Under the pieces are notes generated by a model. The model searched no databases. It saw only the letters and a program-made list of their open reading frames with translations, and was not told the DNA's origin. Shown piece after piece: positions 38,063 through 47,433 of a stretch of DNA of 60,739 bases. The position numbers and the translations under genes are program-made. The DNA comes from Bacilli bacterium. Its GTDB lineage: Bacteria > Bacillota_I > Bacilli_A > RF39 > JBKDZI01. The DNA lies in NCBI GenBank assembly GCA_047971215.1, contig JBKDZI010000016.1, positions 1 through 60,739 on the forward strand, in the 5' to 3' direction. How positions within the stretch are numbered: the stretch's first letter is position 1; every line of letters starts with the position of its first letter.

Positions 38063-38263
38063 ATGACGGTTGTAAAAGTTCGTAATGGCAAATTAGATGA
38101 AGCTATAAATAAATTCAAAACTAAGTCTGCAAGAGATGGTATCCCTTCTGCTGTAAAAAGTAAAAAACATCACGTTAAACCTGGTGAAAAACGTAGAGAA
38201 GCAAAAAAAGCGGCTATTAAAAATGCTAAAAAGAATGCTAAAAAAAATAGAAGAGATTATTAA
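38063..38263 (+). CDS. rpsU: 30S ribosomal protein S21
   Basis: 66 aa, very basic. ...LDEAINKFKTKSARDGI... is typical of S21. RBS GGGGAGG. Confidence 0.95.
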   Translation: MTVVKVRNGKLDEAINKFKTKSARDGIPSAVKSKKHHVKPGEKRREAKKAAIKNAKKNAKKNRRDY

Positions 38264-38287
38264 AAGTTGCCATTTGGCAATTTTTTT
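38264..38287 (+). terminator. Rho-independent terminator after rpsU
   Basis: Hairpin ttgcc-attt-ggcaa followed by T7. Confidence 0.55.
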
Positions 38288-38352
38288 ACCTCAAAAATTT
38301 AAATTTATAGATTAAAATATATTTTTTGATATACTGTTTATAAGGAGGCTTT

Positions 38353-38790
38353 ATGTTAGAAAAAATTACAAATGATATTAAAAAAGCAATGATTGCTAAA
38401 GATAAAATTACTTTAGAAGTTTTAAGAAGTATAAAAGGTGAAATTAAAAATAAAGAAATAGATAAAAAAGAAAGTTTATCAAAAGAAGAAATTATTACAG
38501 TAATTATGAAAGCTGTTAAGATGAGAAAAGAAAGTATTGCTGAATTTGAAAAAGCAGGAAGAAATGATTTAGTTGAATTAAATCAAGGTGAACTTGATAT
38601 ATTAAATTTATATTTACCTAAACTTATGAGCAATGAAGAAATTACAACTATTGTACTTGATGCAAAAAAAGAAAGTGGTGCAAAAGTGCAAAAAGACATG
38701 GGATTAATTATGAAAATAATTTCTCCAAAAGTTAAAGGCAAAGCTGATATGGCTCTTGTAAGTAAAATTATAAAAGATAATTTAGAATAA
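38353..38790 (+). CDS. yqeY: GatB/YqeY-domain protein
   Basis: 145 aa. ...DIKKAMIAKDKITLEVLRSIKGEIKNKEI... is the family N-terminus. Follows rpsU, as in Bacillus. Confidence 0.9.
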   Translation: MLEKITNDIKKAMIAKDKITLEVLRSIKGEIKNKEIDKKESLSKEEIITVIMKAVKMRKESIAEFEKAGRNDLVELNQGELDILNLYLPKLMSNEEITTIVLDAKKESGAKVQKDMGLIMKIISPKVKGKADMALVSKIIKDNLE

Positions 38791-38794
38791 AAGA

Positions 38795-38822
38795 AAAACT
38801 TCTAAAATTTTAGAAGTTTTTT
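38795..38822. terminator. Bidirectional hairpin terminator between yqeY and the convergent frameshifted gene
   Basis: Palindrome aaaacttctaaaattttagaagtttt flanked by A and T runs. The stop codon of the minus-strand gene lies inside it. Confidence 0.6.
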
Positions 38823-39496
38823 GTTGCTTTTTACTTTATATTTTTCATTTTCATTAATTATGGAATTTTGTGCTAATTGAGGAGAATAAACATCTTTAAT
38901 TTTAAAATATTTATTACTCTCTTTTTCACTAAAATTATTTTTAATGTAATCATTAATTTCCTTTAAACCTTTATTTAAATTTACATTCCAAATATCCTTA
39001 TCTAAACTATAATAACGAGTTTTTTCTTCAGATAAAAATATTTCTTTAATAATATTTCCATGTTCGTTTATTAATTCAATGCTTTTATCAAGTGTTGCTT
39101 CTACATAAGTTTCTCTCTGCTTTTTTTTAAGAACAATTTTTATTTTTAAAAGTTGATTGTTTATATAAGTATATTGACTAAGAGTTTGTAAAACTACATT
39201 ACCAATTGTAGGATCAATTTGTTCAATAATAACCTCATCATTTTTGCCAGTTTTAAATTCATAATAATTTTTATCAATAAATAGTTGAAAATTCTGTTTA
39301 ATTTTACATCTAAGATTTAATATTTGTATTAATTGTATTTCAGTATTTTCATTATTATATATTTTTTTAAATAATCAAAAAAGTCTTCTTGAAATTTAGG
39401 ATTTTTAACAATTTCTTTATTGAATTTTGATTTTTTAATTAACATTTTTTCTATTATTTCATTTTTAGCGTTGTCACTTAATTTTTCCTTTTTCAT
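38802..39496 (-). pseudogene. Hypothetical ~231-aa protein gene split by a frameshift at an A7 homopolymer. Absent from the ORF track because the distal frame contains no Met.
   Basis: ATG at 39496 (RBS GGAGAA) reads MKKEKLSDNAKNEIIEKMLIKK...FQEDFFDYLKK and then stops at 39329-39331. A second frame is open without interruption from 39374 to the TAG at 38802-38804 (checked codon by codon): ...IYNNENTEIQLIQILNLRCKIKQNF...KYKVKSNKKLLKF*. The two frames overlap at the A7 run (T7 on the + strand, 39362-39368); A8 would fuse them. Confidence 0.6.
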
Positions 39497-39614
39497 GTGT
39501 TTTTTCTCCTTAAATACAAAAAATAGTGTATACCTTTTTAATAATTTTTACAGGTATTTTTTATAATATTGTTATAAAAAATTAGTTTTAAAATATAATT
39601 TAATAGGTGAGTGT

Positions 39615-39854
39615 ATGCTTGATTTAGTTAGAAAGATACCTTTTTTTGAAGAAAATAGCTTTAAAATTTATATAACAAAAACTTTATTAAATTTAATTAA
39701 TTATGATGAAATACTTCATTTTAGTGATACAAAAATAATTATTTTGATAAATAATCAGAATCTTGTTATAAAAGGTGAAAATTTAGTCATTTCAAAACTT
39801 TTAGAAAATGAGATATTAGTAAATGGTGAAGTAAAATCTATAGAAATTAGGTGA
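39615..39854 (+). CDS. yqfC: Sporulation protein YqfC
   Basis: 79 aa with ...ILINNQNLVIKGENLVISKLLENEILVNGEVKSIE... Overlaps and precedes yqfD. Confidence 0.8.
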   Translation: MLDLVRKIPFFEENSFKIYITKTLLNLINYDEILHFSDTKIIILINNQNLVIKGENLVISKLLENEILVNGEVKSIEIR

Positions 39855-41026
39855 GAATATTGAAATCATATATTTATTTAAGCATTACAGGAAAAGATAT
39901 TTATAGATATATTAAAAATCTTTTAAAACGTGGTATAAATTTTGAAAGTATTACTTATGTAAATAAAACTAATTGTATTATTAAAGTAACAAATTTAGAT
40001 TATAAAAAAATTTTAGAAGTTAAAACTATATATAAACTTAATATAGTAAAATATGAAGGTATAAATAATATATATTATTTAATTTTAAAATATAAATATG
40101 CTTTAATAAGTTTTTTTGTTGGATTTATATTTTTATTTTTACTTAGTAATACAATTTGGGAAATTAACGTTATTCATAGTAATAATAAAACTAAAGAATA
40201 TGTTTTAGAAGAACTTAAAAAACATGGAATTGAAAAACTAAAGTTAATGAAAAATTTTAATTCAATTGAAAAAATTGAAGAAAAGATTTTAAAAGAAAAC
40301 AAAGATACTATTGAATGGATTGAAATAACTAGAAATGGTACAACCTATGAAGTAAAGTTAGTAGATAGAAAAATTAATAAAAAAGAAAATGAAACAAAAC
40401 CACAAGATATAATAGCAAGAAAAAATAGTATAATAAAAAGTATTAGAGCTGAAAATGGAGATATTATAAAAGAGGTGAATGAATATGTTAAAAAAGGTGA
40501 AACAATAATAACTGGATTAATAACTGCAAACGAAGAAGTAAAATTTGTTATTGCCGCTAAAGGAAAGGTTTATGGAGAAGTATGGTATGTTGCAAAAGTT
40601 AAATTTCCTCTTGTTAGTAAAGAAATACTATATACAGGTAAATCAAAAACTGTATATAATATTAGATTTTTAAATACTAGATTAAATTTTTTTAATTTTA
40701 ATGAATATGAAGACTCAAAAAGAGATACAAAAATTATTTACGATCATTTAAAATTACCTTTTAGTTTTAATAAAGATACAGTTTTTGAAGTGAAACAAAT
40801 AAATAATGAGTATAATTATGAACAAGGGATATATGAGGCTATTAAACTTGCTACATCTAAAATAGAAGAAAGATTAAATGAGGGTGAATATATAATTAAT
40901 AAAAAAGTTTTGAAAAAAAGACAAAATAATAGTATAATAGACATAGAAATATTTTTTAAGGTATGCGAAAATATTACTGATTATAAAAAAATAGAAAAAA
41001 TTGATGAAGAAATAAAAGAAAAATAA
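39851..41026 (+). CDS. yqfD: Sporulation protein YqfD
   Basis: 391 aa. N-terminal ...ITGKDIYRYIKNLLKRGINFESI..., one central TM helix, and the right size and position for YqfD. Confidence 0.8.
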   Translation: MRILKSYIYLSITGKDIYRYIKNLLKRGINFESITYVNKTNCIIKVTNLDYKKILEVKTIYKLNIVKYEGINNIYYLILKYKYALISFFVGFIFLFLLSNTIWEINVIHSNNKTKEYVLEELKKHGIEKLKLMKNFNSIEKIEEKILKENKDTIEWIEITRNGTTYEVKLVDRKINKKENETKPQDIIARKNSIIKSIRAENGDIIKEVNEYVKKGETIITGLITANEEVKFVIAAKGKVYGEVWYVAKVKFPLVSKEILYTGKSKTVYNIRFLNTRLNFFNFNEYEDSKRDTKIIYDHLKLPFSFNKDTVFEVKQINNEYNYEQGIYEAIKLATSKIEERLNEGEYIINKKVLKKRQNNSIIDIEIFFKVCENITDYKKIEKIDEEIKEK

Positions 41027-41035
41027 GAGGTCTAT

Positions 41036-41644
41036 ATGTTTCAAAATACTATTGAAAATATTTTATTTGCAGTAACACCACTTTTAATTATTGTATCTGT
41101 TGCAGTTATTAGTATTAGAATAGCCTATATTATTAAATTTCATAATAAAATAGTTATATATAAAGAAATATATAATTATTTATTTGTATTATACATTTTA
41201 GTACTATTTAATGCAGTTTCATTTCAAGATAAAAGCTTAATTGGAACTAGTAATTTTATACCATTTAGAGAAATTTTTAGATATGATATATTTAATGATT
41301 TATTTTTTAAAAATGTTATTGGTAATGTTATATTAATGGTACCTTATACAGTATATATTTCTTTATTTTTAAAACCTAAAAATATACTACTGTCTTTATT
41401 TATGGTTTTAATACTTAGTTGTTCTATTGAACTTACTCAATTATATATATCTGGTAGAGTTTTTGATCTTGATGATATAATATTAAATTGTATTGGGGGT
41501 ATAATTGGGTATTATGTTTATCATTTAATAGTTATTTTAAGAAATAAATTCCCTAAAATTTCAAATAATGATTTATTCTTAAATATAGTTTCTATTATAT
41601 TTTTAATAGGGACAATTTTATATATAGTGAATTTTTGGAGATAA
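41036..41644 (+). CDS. VanZ-like family membrane protein
   Basis: NFIPFREIF, NVILMVPY and SIELTQLYISGRVFDLDDIILNCIGGIIGY motifs. About 5 TM helices. Confidence 0.75.
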   Translation: MFQNTIENILFAVTPLLIIVSVAVISIRIAYIIKFHNKIVIYKEIYNYLFVLYILVLFNAVSFQDKSLIGTSNFIPFREIFRYDIFNDLFFKNVIGNVILMVPYTVYISLFLKPKNILLSLFMVLILSCSIELTQLYISGRVFDLDDIILNCIGGIIGYYVYHLIVILRNKFPKISNNDLFLNIVSIIFLIGTILYIVNFWR

Positions 41645-41647
41645 AAT

Positions 41648-42094
41648 ATGAAATATAATTACGAAATAATAGATGAATTTGATAGGGAAATTTTGTTTGA
41701 AGATGAAATACATAAACTAATAAAATACATTTTAAAACTTGAACAAATGGATAATGCAGTTTTTAATATCATATTTGTAGATAATAAATATATTAAAAAA
41801 TTAAATTCTGAATATAGAAATAAAGATGCAGTAACTGATGTTATTTCATTCGCACTTTTAGATGATAATAGTTTTATTGAGGGAAAAATGTGCGTTTTAG
41901 GTGATATATATATTTCTACAGAAAAATGTATGTCTCAAGCAAAAGAATACGGAAATACTTTAAAAAGAGAAACATTATTTTTATGTACTCATGGTATGCT
42001 TCATTTGCTTGGATTTGATCATATAACAAAAAAGCAAGAAAAAATAATGTTTGATTATCAGGAGTTGATTTTAAATGAATATGACAAAATTTAA
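41648..42094 (+). CDS. ybeY: Endoribonuclease YbeY (rRNA maturation factor)
   Basis: Zn-binding HGMLHLLGFDH motif. 148 aa. Confidence 0.95.
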   Translation: MKYNYEIIDEFDREILFEDEIHKLIKYILKLEQMDNAVFNIIFVDNKYIKKLNSEYRNKDAVTDVISFALLDDNSFIEGKMCVLGDIYISTEKCMSQAKEYGNTLKRETLFLCTHGMLHLLGFDHITKKQEKIMFDYQELILNEYDKI

Positions 42095-42476
42095 TAGAAA
42101 AAAATATAAAAGATTTTCTTTTAAAAGAATATATAAAAGTTTTAATTATGCTTTTTGTGGTATAAAAAGTGCGTTTATTACAGAAAGTAGTATGATAGTT
42201 CATTTATTTGGTGCTATTTTTGTACTATTATGTGGTTTTTATTTTAATATTTCTATTATAGAGTGGTTATTTTTGATTCTTTGTATTGGACTTATATTTA
42301 TTACAGAACTAATTAATACTTCAATTGAATATACAGTAGATTTAATTTCAGATAAGTATTCAAGCTTAGCTAAGGGAGCAAAAGATTCAGCTAGTGCATC
42401 AGTACTTTTTTCAGCAATATTAAGTAGTATAATTGGACTTATAATATTTGTTCCAAAAATACTAGAATTATTTTAA
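42075..42476 (+). CDS. dgkA: Diacylglycerol/undecaprenol kinase (DgkA family)
   Basis: 133 aa, 3 TM helices. ...ELINTSIEYTVDLIS... and ...AKDSASASVL... motifs. Confidence 0.85.
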   Translation: MNMTKFNRKKYKRFSFKRIYKSFNYAFCGIKSAFITESSMIVHLFGAIFVLLCGFYFNISIIEWLFLILCIGLIFITELINTSIEYTVDLISDKYSSLAKGAKDSASASVLFSAILSSIIGLIIFVPKILELF

Positions 42477-42487
42477 GGAGAACATAT

Positions 42488-43375
42488 ATGAAATCAGGAT
42501 TTATATCAATAATTGGAAGACCAAATGTAGGAAAGTCAACAATATTAAATGCAATAATAGGAAAGAAACTTGCTATTTGTACAAGTACTTCAAATACTAC
42601 TAGAAATAATATTTTAGGAGTTTATAATGCAAAAGATACTCAAATGGTATTTTTTGATACTCCAGGTATTCATAAACCTAAACAACATTTGGGTAAAGTT
42701 TTAAACAATTTAGCATACAATAGTGCTCATGATTCAGATGTAATTATGTTTATTATTGATGCTAGTGAAAAATTAGGTAAAGGTGATATGTTTGTTTTAG
42801 AACGTATTAAAGATATGAAAAAACCTGTTATTTTAGTAATAAATAAAATTGATAAAATGAAAAAAGGACAAATAATAGAAAAAATTATTGAATATAATGA
42901 TTTGTATGAATTTAGTGAAATAGTTCCAGTATCGGCACTTAAAAAAAATAATATTGATAGATTATTAACAGTACTTAGAAATTATTTACCTGATGATGTA
43001 GAATATTACGATAAAGAATTTATTTCAGATATTACTCGTGAATTTATGATTGCTGAAATTATTCGTGAAAAAGTAATTAATAATACAAAAGAAGAAGTTC
43101 CTCATAGTGTAACTTGTGTTATTGAAAAAGTTATAGATGATAAAGATAAACTAATTATTTCTGCTTTAATAGTAGTTGATAGAGACGCTCTTAAAAAGAT
43201 TATTGTAGGAAAAAGTGGTTCAATGATTAAAAAAATTGGTACATCAGCAAGATATGCAATCCAAAAAGAATATAATAAAACAATACATTTAGATTTATTT
43301 GTCAAAACTGTTAAAAATTGGAGAGAAAAAGATAAATTATTAATTGAACTTGGAATTATAAATACAGATGAATAA
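42488..43375 (+). CDS. era: GTPase Era
   Basis: G1 GRPNVGKST, G3 DTPG, G4 NKID, and a C-terminal KH domain (...IIVGKSGSMIKKIG...). Confidence 0.95.
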   Translation: MKSGFISIIGRPNVGKSTILNAIIGKKLAICTSTSNTTRNNILGVYNAKDTQMVFFDTPGIHKPKQHLGKVLNNLAYNSAHDSDVIMFIIDASEKLGKGDMFVLERIKDMKKPVILVINKIDKMKKGQIIEKIIEYNDLYEFSEIVPVSALKKNNIDRLLTVLRNYLPDDVEYYDKEFISDITREFMIAEIIREKVINNTKEEVPHSVTCVIEKVIDDKDKLIISALIVVDRDALKKIIVGKSGSMIKKIGTSARYAIQKEYNKTIHLDLFVKTVKNWREKDKLLIELGIINTDE

Positions 43376-43413
43376 TTTTTAAAAGTTTTTACCATTATAT
43401 TAATGGTGATAAT

Positions 43414-43536
43414 ATGAAAATTCAAGCTTGGAAAAAATTTGCTGAATCTGGAAAAATTGAAGATTATTTAGAATATAGTCGTATGAAAGAAGGCATAAAT
43501 GACAATAGAGAAAATAGAAGGGATAATAATAAATGA
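43414..43536 (+). CDS. YqzL-like small protein (40 aa). Not in the ORF track.
   Basis: MKIQAWKKFAESGKIEDYLEYSRMKEG... resembles the YqzL W..F..TG.I..YL motif. Same position (era to recO) as yqzL in B. subtilis. The 3-prime 38 nt overlap recO in another frame. Confidence 0.45.
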   Translation: MKIQAWKKFAESGKIEDYLEYSRMKEGINDNRENRRDNNK

Positions 43537-44230
43537 ATTAGATAGTGGTGAATCTAGTAAAATTATTAATGTTTTAACTAAAAATAAAGGCGTTATTGGT
43601 ATTATGTGTAAAGGCGCAAAAAAAATGAAAAGTAAATTTTCAGGTGTAACAGGAAAACTGACTTACGCCTTTTTTCATATTTATTATAAAGAAAATAAAT
43701 TATCTACTTTAATTAGCGTCGATGTTATTAATCCTTTGTTAAATTTAAAAACAAATATTGAAAGTTTAGCTTATGCTAGTTATAATCTTGATCTTATTAA
43801 AGGAGTTTCTAGAGAAAATTCTGGGATCGAAGTTTATGAAATATTTAAAAACTCATTAATTAAAATTAATGAGGGAATTGATCCATTTGGGATTACAAAT
43901 ATTGTAGAGCTTAAATGTTTAGAATTTTTAGGTATAAAACCTATACTTGATAGATGTGTTTCTTGTGATAAAACCCAAAACATAAAAACTATCTGTGCTT
44001 TTAAAGGCGGTTATATATGTGAAAACTGCTACGAAGGTGAATATATTTATTCTGATAAAACTCTTGGTTTAATTAGAAATTTATATTATGTAGATATTAA
44101 TAATATTAGTAAATTTGATATAAGTAATGAAACAAAAACTGAAATAAACAGATTCATTACAGAATATTATGATAGATATTCTGGAATATATTTAAAATCA
44201 AAGAAGTTTATTGAAAAATTTAAAATTTAA
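43499..44230 (+). CDS. recO: DNA repair protein RecO
   Basis: N-terminal OB fold (KIEGIIINELDSGESSKIINVLTKNKG) and a Zn motif CVSC...CENC. Confidence 0.9.
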   Translation: MTIEKIEGIIINELDSGESSKIINVLTKNKGVIGIMCKGAKKMKSKFSGVTGKLTYAFFHIYYKENKLSTLISVDVINPLLNLKTNIESLAYASYNLDLIKGVSRENSGIEVYEIFKNSLIKINEGIDPFGITNIVELKCLEFLGIKPILDRCVSCDKTQNIKTICAFKGGYICENCYEGEYIYSDKTLGLIRNLYYVDINNISKFDISNETKTEINRFITEYYDRYSGIYLKSKKFIEKFKI

Positions 44231-44237
44231 TACAAGT

Positions 44238-44262
44238 AAAAACGCTAATTAAAAGCGTTTTT
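44238..44262. terminator. Bidirectional terminator between recO and the convergent hypothetical gene
   Basis: Hairpin aaaaacgct-aattaa-agcgttttt. Confidence 0.6.
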
Positions 44263-44272
44263 ATTTATTGAA

Positions 44273-44962
44273 TTACCAAATTAATGGTCTAATAATATAC
44301 AAATCTTTAAAATTTTGTCCAGCAACTTCATTTAGAGTTTTTTCTTGAATTGTATTATTTATATCAGCAATAAAAATTTGATATCCATTTGAAAATAATT
44401 CTTCTATAACTCCAGGAAAAGCAAGTTTTTTATCAAGAACAAAAAAGTCTATTTTTTTCTTTATAATATCTGGATTTGGTATATAATTTATTGAAATACC
44501 TTTTTTATGATTGATATTAACTAAATCTAAAAAATCATAAGCATGTTCATCTGGAACTGAAATAAATAAATTTAATTTTGGATATCTATTAACTATTTTT
44601 GAAACATTTTGGGCAACTTCTTTGCACTTATCAATACAATCAATATTAATTAAAATTAATTTATTTGAATCCATATTTCTTAAAAAATCATTTAATTGTA
44701 CAATAAATTCATTACTTGATGTGATTTTTTTTATATTTTCATTTAATTGCTCCAAAGTAAAATATTCTGTTTTTTCTTGAGCTAAAGATCCAACTGTTGG
44801 AACTCTAATTAAAATTACCTTATTATCTTTTGTACCAGATACTTTAATTTCGCCACCATAAAATTTTTCATTTTTTAAATCTATTTTAAATTTCCCTATT
44901 TGATTAGCTAAAAAAACCTTATTAGCAGTACTTATTGAATCCCCTAAAATATATTTTGCCAT
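44273..44962 (-). CDS. Hypothetical protein (229 aa), function unknown
   Basis: Clean ORF with an RBS (GAGAGGTGA) and a terminator. No signal peptide or TM helix. There is only a faint resemblance in layout to GDPD-type TIM barrels (...FTLEQL..., ...NGYQIFIADINN...), and the catalytic His motifs are absent. Confidence 0.5.
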   Translation of the reverse strand: MAKYILGDSISTANKVFLANQIGKFKIDLKNEKFYGGEIKVSGTKDNKVILIRVPTVGSLAQEKTEYFTLEQLNENIKKITSSNEFIVQLNDFLRNMDSNKLILINIDCIDKCKEVAQNVSKIVNRYPKLNLFISVPDEHAYDFLDLVNINHKKGISINYIPNPDIIKKKIDFFVLDKKLAFPGVIEELFSNGYQIFIADINNTIQEKTLNEVAGQNFKDLYIIRPLIW

Positions 44963-45058
44963 ATTTCACCTCTCTATAATATTAAGTATGTAATTATAAT
45001 AAAAAGGTGTCTTATAATTTCTATTTTTTTACAAAATATGATATAATTTCAAAAGGAA

Positions 45059-46486
45059 GTGATTAGAGTGAAAACACCAAATTTAAATGATGCAAGATTA
45101 AGAGAAAAAACAAAAATAAATATAATAGATAGTTCAAATATTAAAATACCTCAAATTGGAATAGGTAAAACTTATAATATTAGAACTTATGGTTGTCAAA
45201 TGAATGTCCATGATAGTGAAAAAATTAGTGCTATATTAGAAACAATGGGATATAAAAAAGAAGATAATTATCTAAAAGCAGACATTATAATTTTAAATAC
45301 ATGTGCTGTTCGTGAAAATGCTCATAATAAAGTATTTGGTTTTTTAGGTAGAATAAAACATTTAAAAAGAGATAGACCAGATATTTTAGTTGGTCTTTGT
45401 GGTTGTATGAGTCAAGAAGAGGTTGTAGTAGAAGAAGTACTTAATAAATATGCTTGGCTTGATATTGTTTTTGGTACACATAATATTCAAAATTTACCAA
45501 AATTATTATTAAATAGTATTGAAGAAAGGAAAATTGAAGTAGAAGTTTTAAGTAATTCTTCTGATATTGTAGAAAATTTACCAATTAAACGTGACAGTAA
45601 ATATAAAGCATTTGTAAATATTATGTATGGTTGTGATAAATTTTGTACATATTGTATAGTTCCATATACAAGAGGAAAGCAAAGGAGTCGTAGAAAAGAA
45701 GATATTTTAAATGAAATTCAAAAACTAAAAAATGATGGTTATAAGGAAATAACTTTACTTGGGCAAAATGTAAATTCCTATGGAAAGGATTTTGAAAATA
45801 GTAATTATCGTTTTGAAAATTTACTTGAAGATTCAGCTAAAATTGGTATTGAAAGAATTTTCTTTGTAACAAGTCATCCTTGGGACTTTACAGATAGCAT
45901 GATTGATATAATCGCAAAATACGAAAATGTTTGTCCTTTTATTCATTTACCTGTTCAATCAGGTTCTACAAAAATACTAAGAACTATGGGTAGAAGATAT
46001 TCAAAAGAAGATTATTTAACTTTAGTTTCTAAAATTAGAAAGAAAATTCCTAGTGCTACTATTTCTACAGATATTATTGTTGGTTTTCCAAATGAAACTA
46101 AGGAAGATTTTGAAGAAACTTTAAGTGTGGTAAACATATGTAAATATGATTTGGCTTATACATTTATATATTCAAAAAGAGAAGGTACTCCTGCTGCAAA
46201 AATTGATGATAATATCCCGTTAGAAATTAAAGAAGAAAGACTACAAAAACTAAATATGCTTGTTAATAATTATGCTAAAGAGAATAACGAAAAATTAATT
46301 GGACAAACTTTAAGTGTTCTTTTAGAAGGTGTAAGTACTAAACATAAAAATATGTTATATGGACATTCTAGCACTATGAAAAATGTAAATGTTTTTTGTG
46401 ATGAGTCTTTACTTGGACAAATTGTTAATGTTAAAATTACTAATGCAAAAAGCTTTAATTTAGAAGGTGAATTAATAAGTGAGTAA
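45059..46486 (+). CDS. miaB: tRNA-2-methylthio-N6-dimethylallyladenosine synthase MiaB
   Basis: UPF0004 domain YGCQMNVHDSE...NTCAVRE, radical-SAM motif CDKFCTYCIVPYTRG, and a C-terminal TRAM domain. The start may instead be GTG 45068, which has better spacing from AAGGAAG. Confidence 0.9.
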   Translation: MIRVKTPNLNDARLREKTKINIIDSSNIKIPQIGIGKTYNIRTYGCQMNVHDSEKISAILETMGYKKEDNYLKADIIILNTCAVRENAHNKVFGFLGRIKHLKRDRPDILVGLCGCMSQEEVVVEEVLNKYAWLDIVFGTHNIQNLPKLLLNSIEERKIEVEVLSNSSDIVENLPIKRDSKYKAFVNIMYGCDKFCTYCIVPYTRGKQRSRRKEDILNEIQKLKNDGYKEITLLGQNVNSYGKDFENSNYRFENLLEDSAKIGIERIFFVTSHPWDFTDSMIDIIAKYENVCPFIHLPVQSGSTKILRTMGRRYSKEDYLTLVSKIRKKIPSATISTDIIVGFPNETKEDFEETLSVVNICKYDLAYTFIYSKREGTPAAKIDDNIPLEIKEERLQKLNMLVNNYAKENNEKLIGQTLSVLLEGVSTKHKNMLYGHSSTMKNVNVFCDESLLGQIVNVKITNAKSFNLEGELISE

Positions 46487-46805
46487 TATATTTGAAAAAA
46501 TTGACAATTTAGAAAAAGAAATATTAAATACAGAAGAATATAAATATTATAAGAAAGTTTCTACAAAGTTAAATAATAATGAATTCATTATGAATTTAAT
46601 AGAAGATATAAAAATATTACAAAAATTATTAGTTAATGCAAAGTATAAAAAATTAGATTACAATTCTATTGAAAATGAGTATAATGAAAAATTAAAAATA
46701 TTAGAAGATATCCCACTTTATAATCAATATAAAGATTCTATAGAAAATTTAAATAACATATTTATAAATATAACTAATATAATTGAAAGTTCAATTAATA
46801 TGTAA
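46479..46805 (+). CDS. YmcA/RicA-like (Com_YlbF family) protein
   Basis: 108-aa helical protein immediately after miaB and before cotE, the position of ymcA in B. subtilis. Confidence 0.5.
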   Translation: MSNIFEKIDNLEKEILNTEEYKYYKKVSTKLNNNEFIMNLIEDIKILQKLLVNAKYKKLDYNSIENEYNEKLKILEDIPLYNQYKDSIENLNNIFINITNIIESSINM

Positions 46806-46849
46806 ACTTTTTCCCCATCATTCATAATATGTTATAGGAGGGGATAATA

Positions 46850-47380
46850 ATGGCTATATTTAAAGAAATCGTATCAAGAACAATACTTGGAAAAGGTAAA
46901 AAAGCTTTTACAGATGAAAATGTAATTAGTGCATCTGAAGAGGTATCTACTATACTTGGATGTTGGATAATCAATCATACTTTTTCAGGTAGAAAAATTG
47001 AAAATTCTATTACTATTGATGGAAGTTATGATGTTAATATTTGGTATTCTCATAATGGAGATACAAAAACAAATGTTATTACAAAAACAATAAATTATAC
47101 AGAACAAGTAAATATGCGTTTAAAAGCAGAAGCATATCCTAATGATACTGAAGTAATTATTAGATCACTTTCAGACCCAAGTTGTGTAGATATAAAAGCA
47201 AATGGATTAAATGTTTCTTTTGTTGTTAAAAAAGAACTTGGTATTGAAGTTGTTGGAGATGCGAAAATTAAGGTTCAAGTTGAAGAAGAAGAAGAACCTT
47301 GGGATTTAATTGAAGATGAACTTGAAGAATCTGAAATTGATAAACAAATAGAAGAAATAAATGAAGACTTTTTAGACTAG
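46850..47380 (+). CDS. cotE: Outer spore coat morphogenetic protein CotE
   Basis: ...EIVSRTILGKGKKAFTDE...STILGCWIINHTFSGRKIENSITIDGSYDVNIWYSHNGDTKTNVIT... is collinear with B. subtilis CotE (...SSILGGWIINHKY...YYDINVWYSY..NTKTEVVT...). Acidic C-terminal tail ending EDFLD. Confidence 0.85.
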   Translation: MAIFKEIVSRTILGKGKKAFTDENVISASEEVSTILGCWIINHTFSGRKIENSITIDGSYDVNIWYSHNGDTKTNVITKTINYTEQVNMRLKAEAYPNDTEVIIRSLSDPSCVDIKANGLNVSFVVKKELGIEVVGDAKIKVQVEEEEEPWDLIEDELEESEIDKQIEEINEDFLD

Positions 47381-47433
47381 ATTCGATAAATTTTTCACTT
47401 TTGATTATGTAAACTATAATCAAGAGGTGAATT

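Noticed and set aside
41916-42203. 95-aa minus-strand ORF across the ybeY/dgkA junction, and similar shadow ORFs at 43102-43425, 49311-49511, 49607-49801, 55035-55220, 55506-55742, 57928-58131, 58774-59016, 6840-7058, 15344-15562, 16418-16636, 29146-29331 and 34762-34974
   Set aside because: All lie wholly within, and antisense to, well-supported genes. All show low-complexity composition and have no translation signals.
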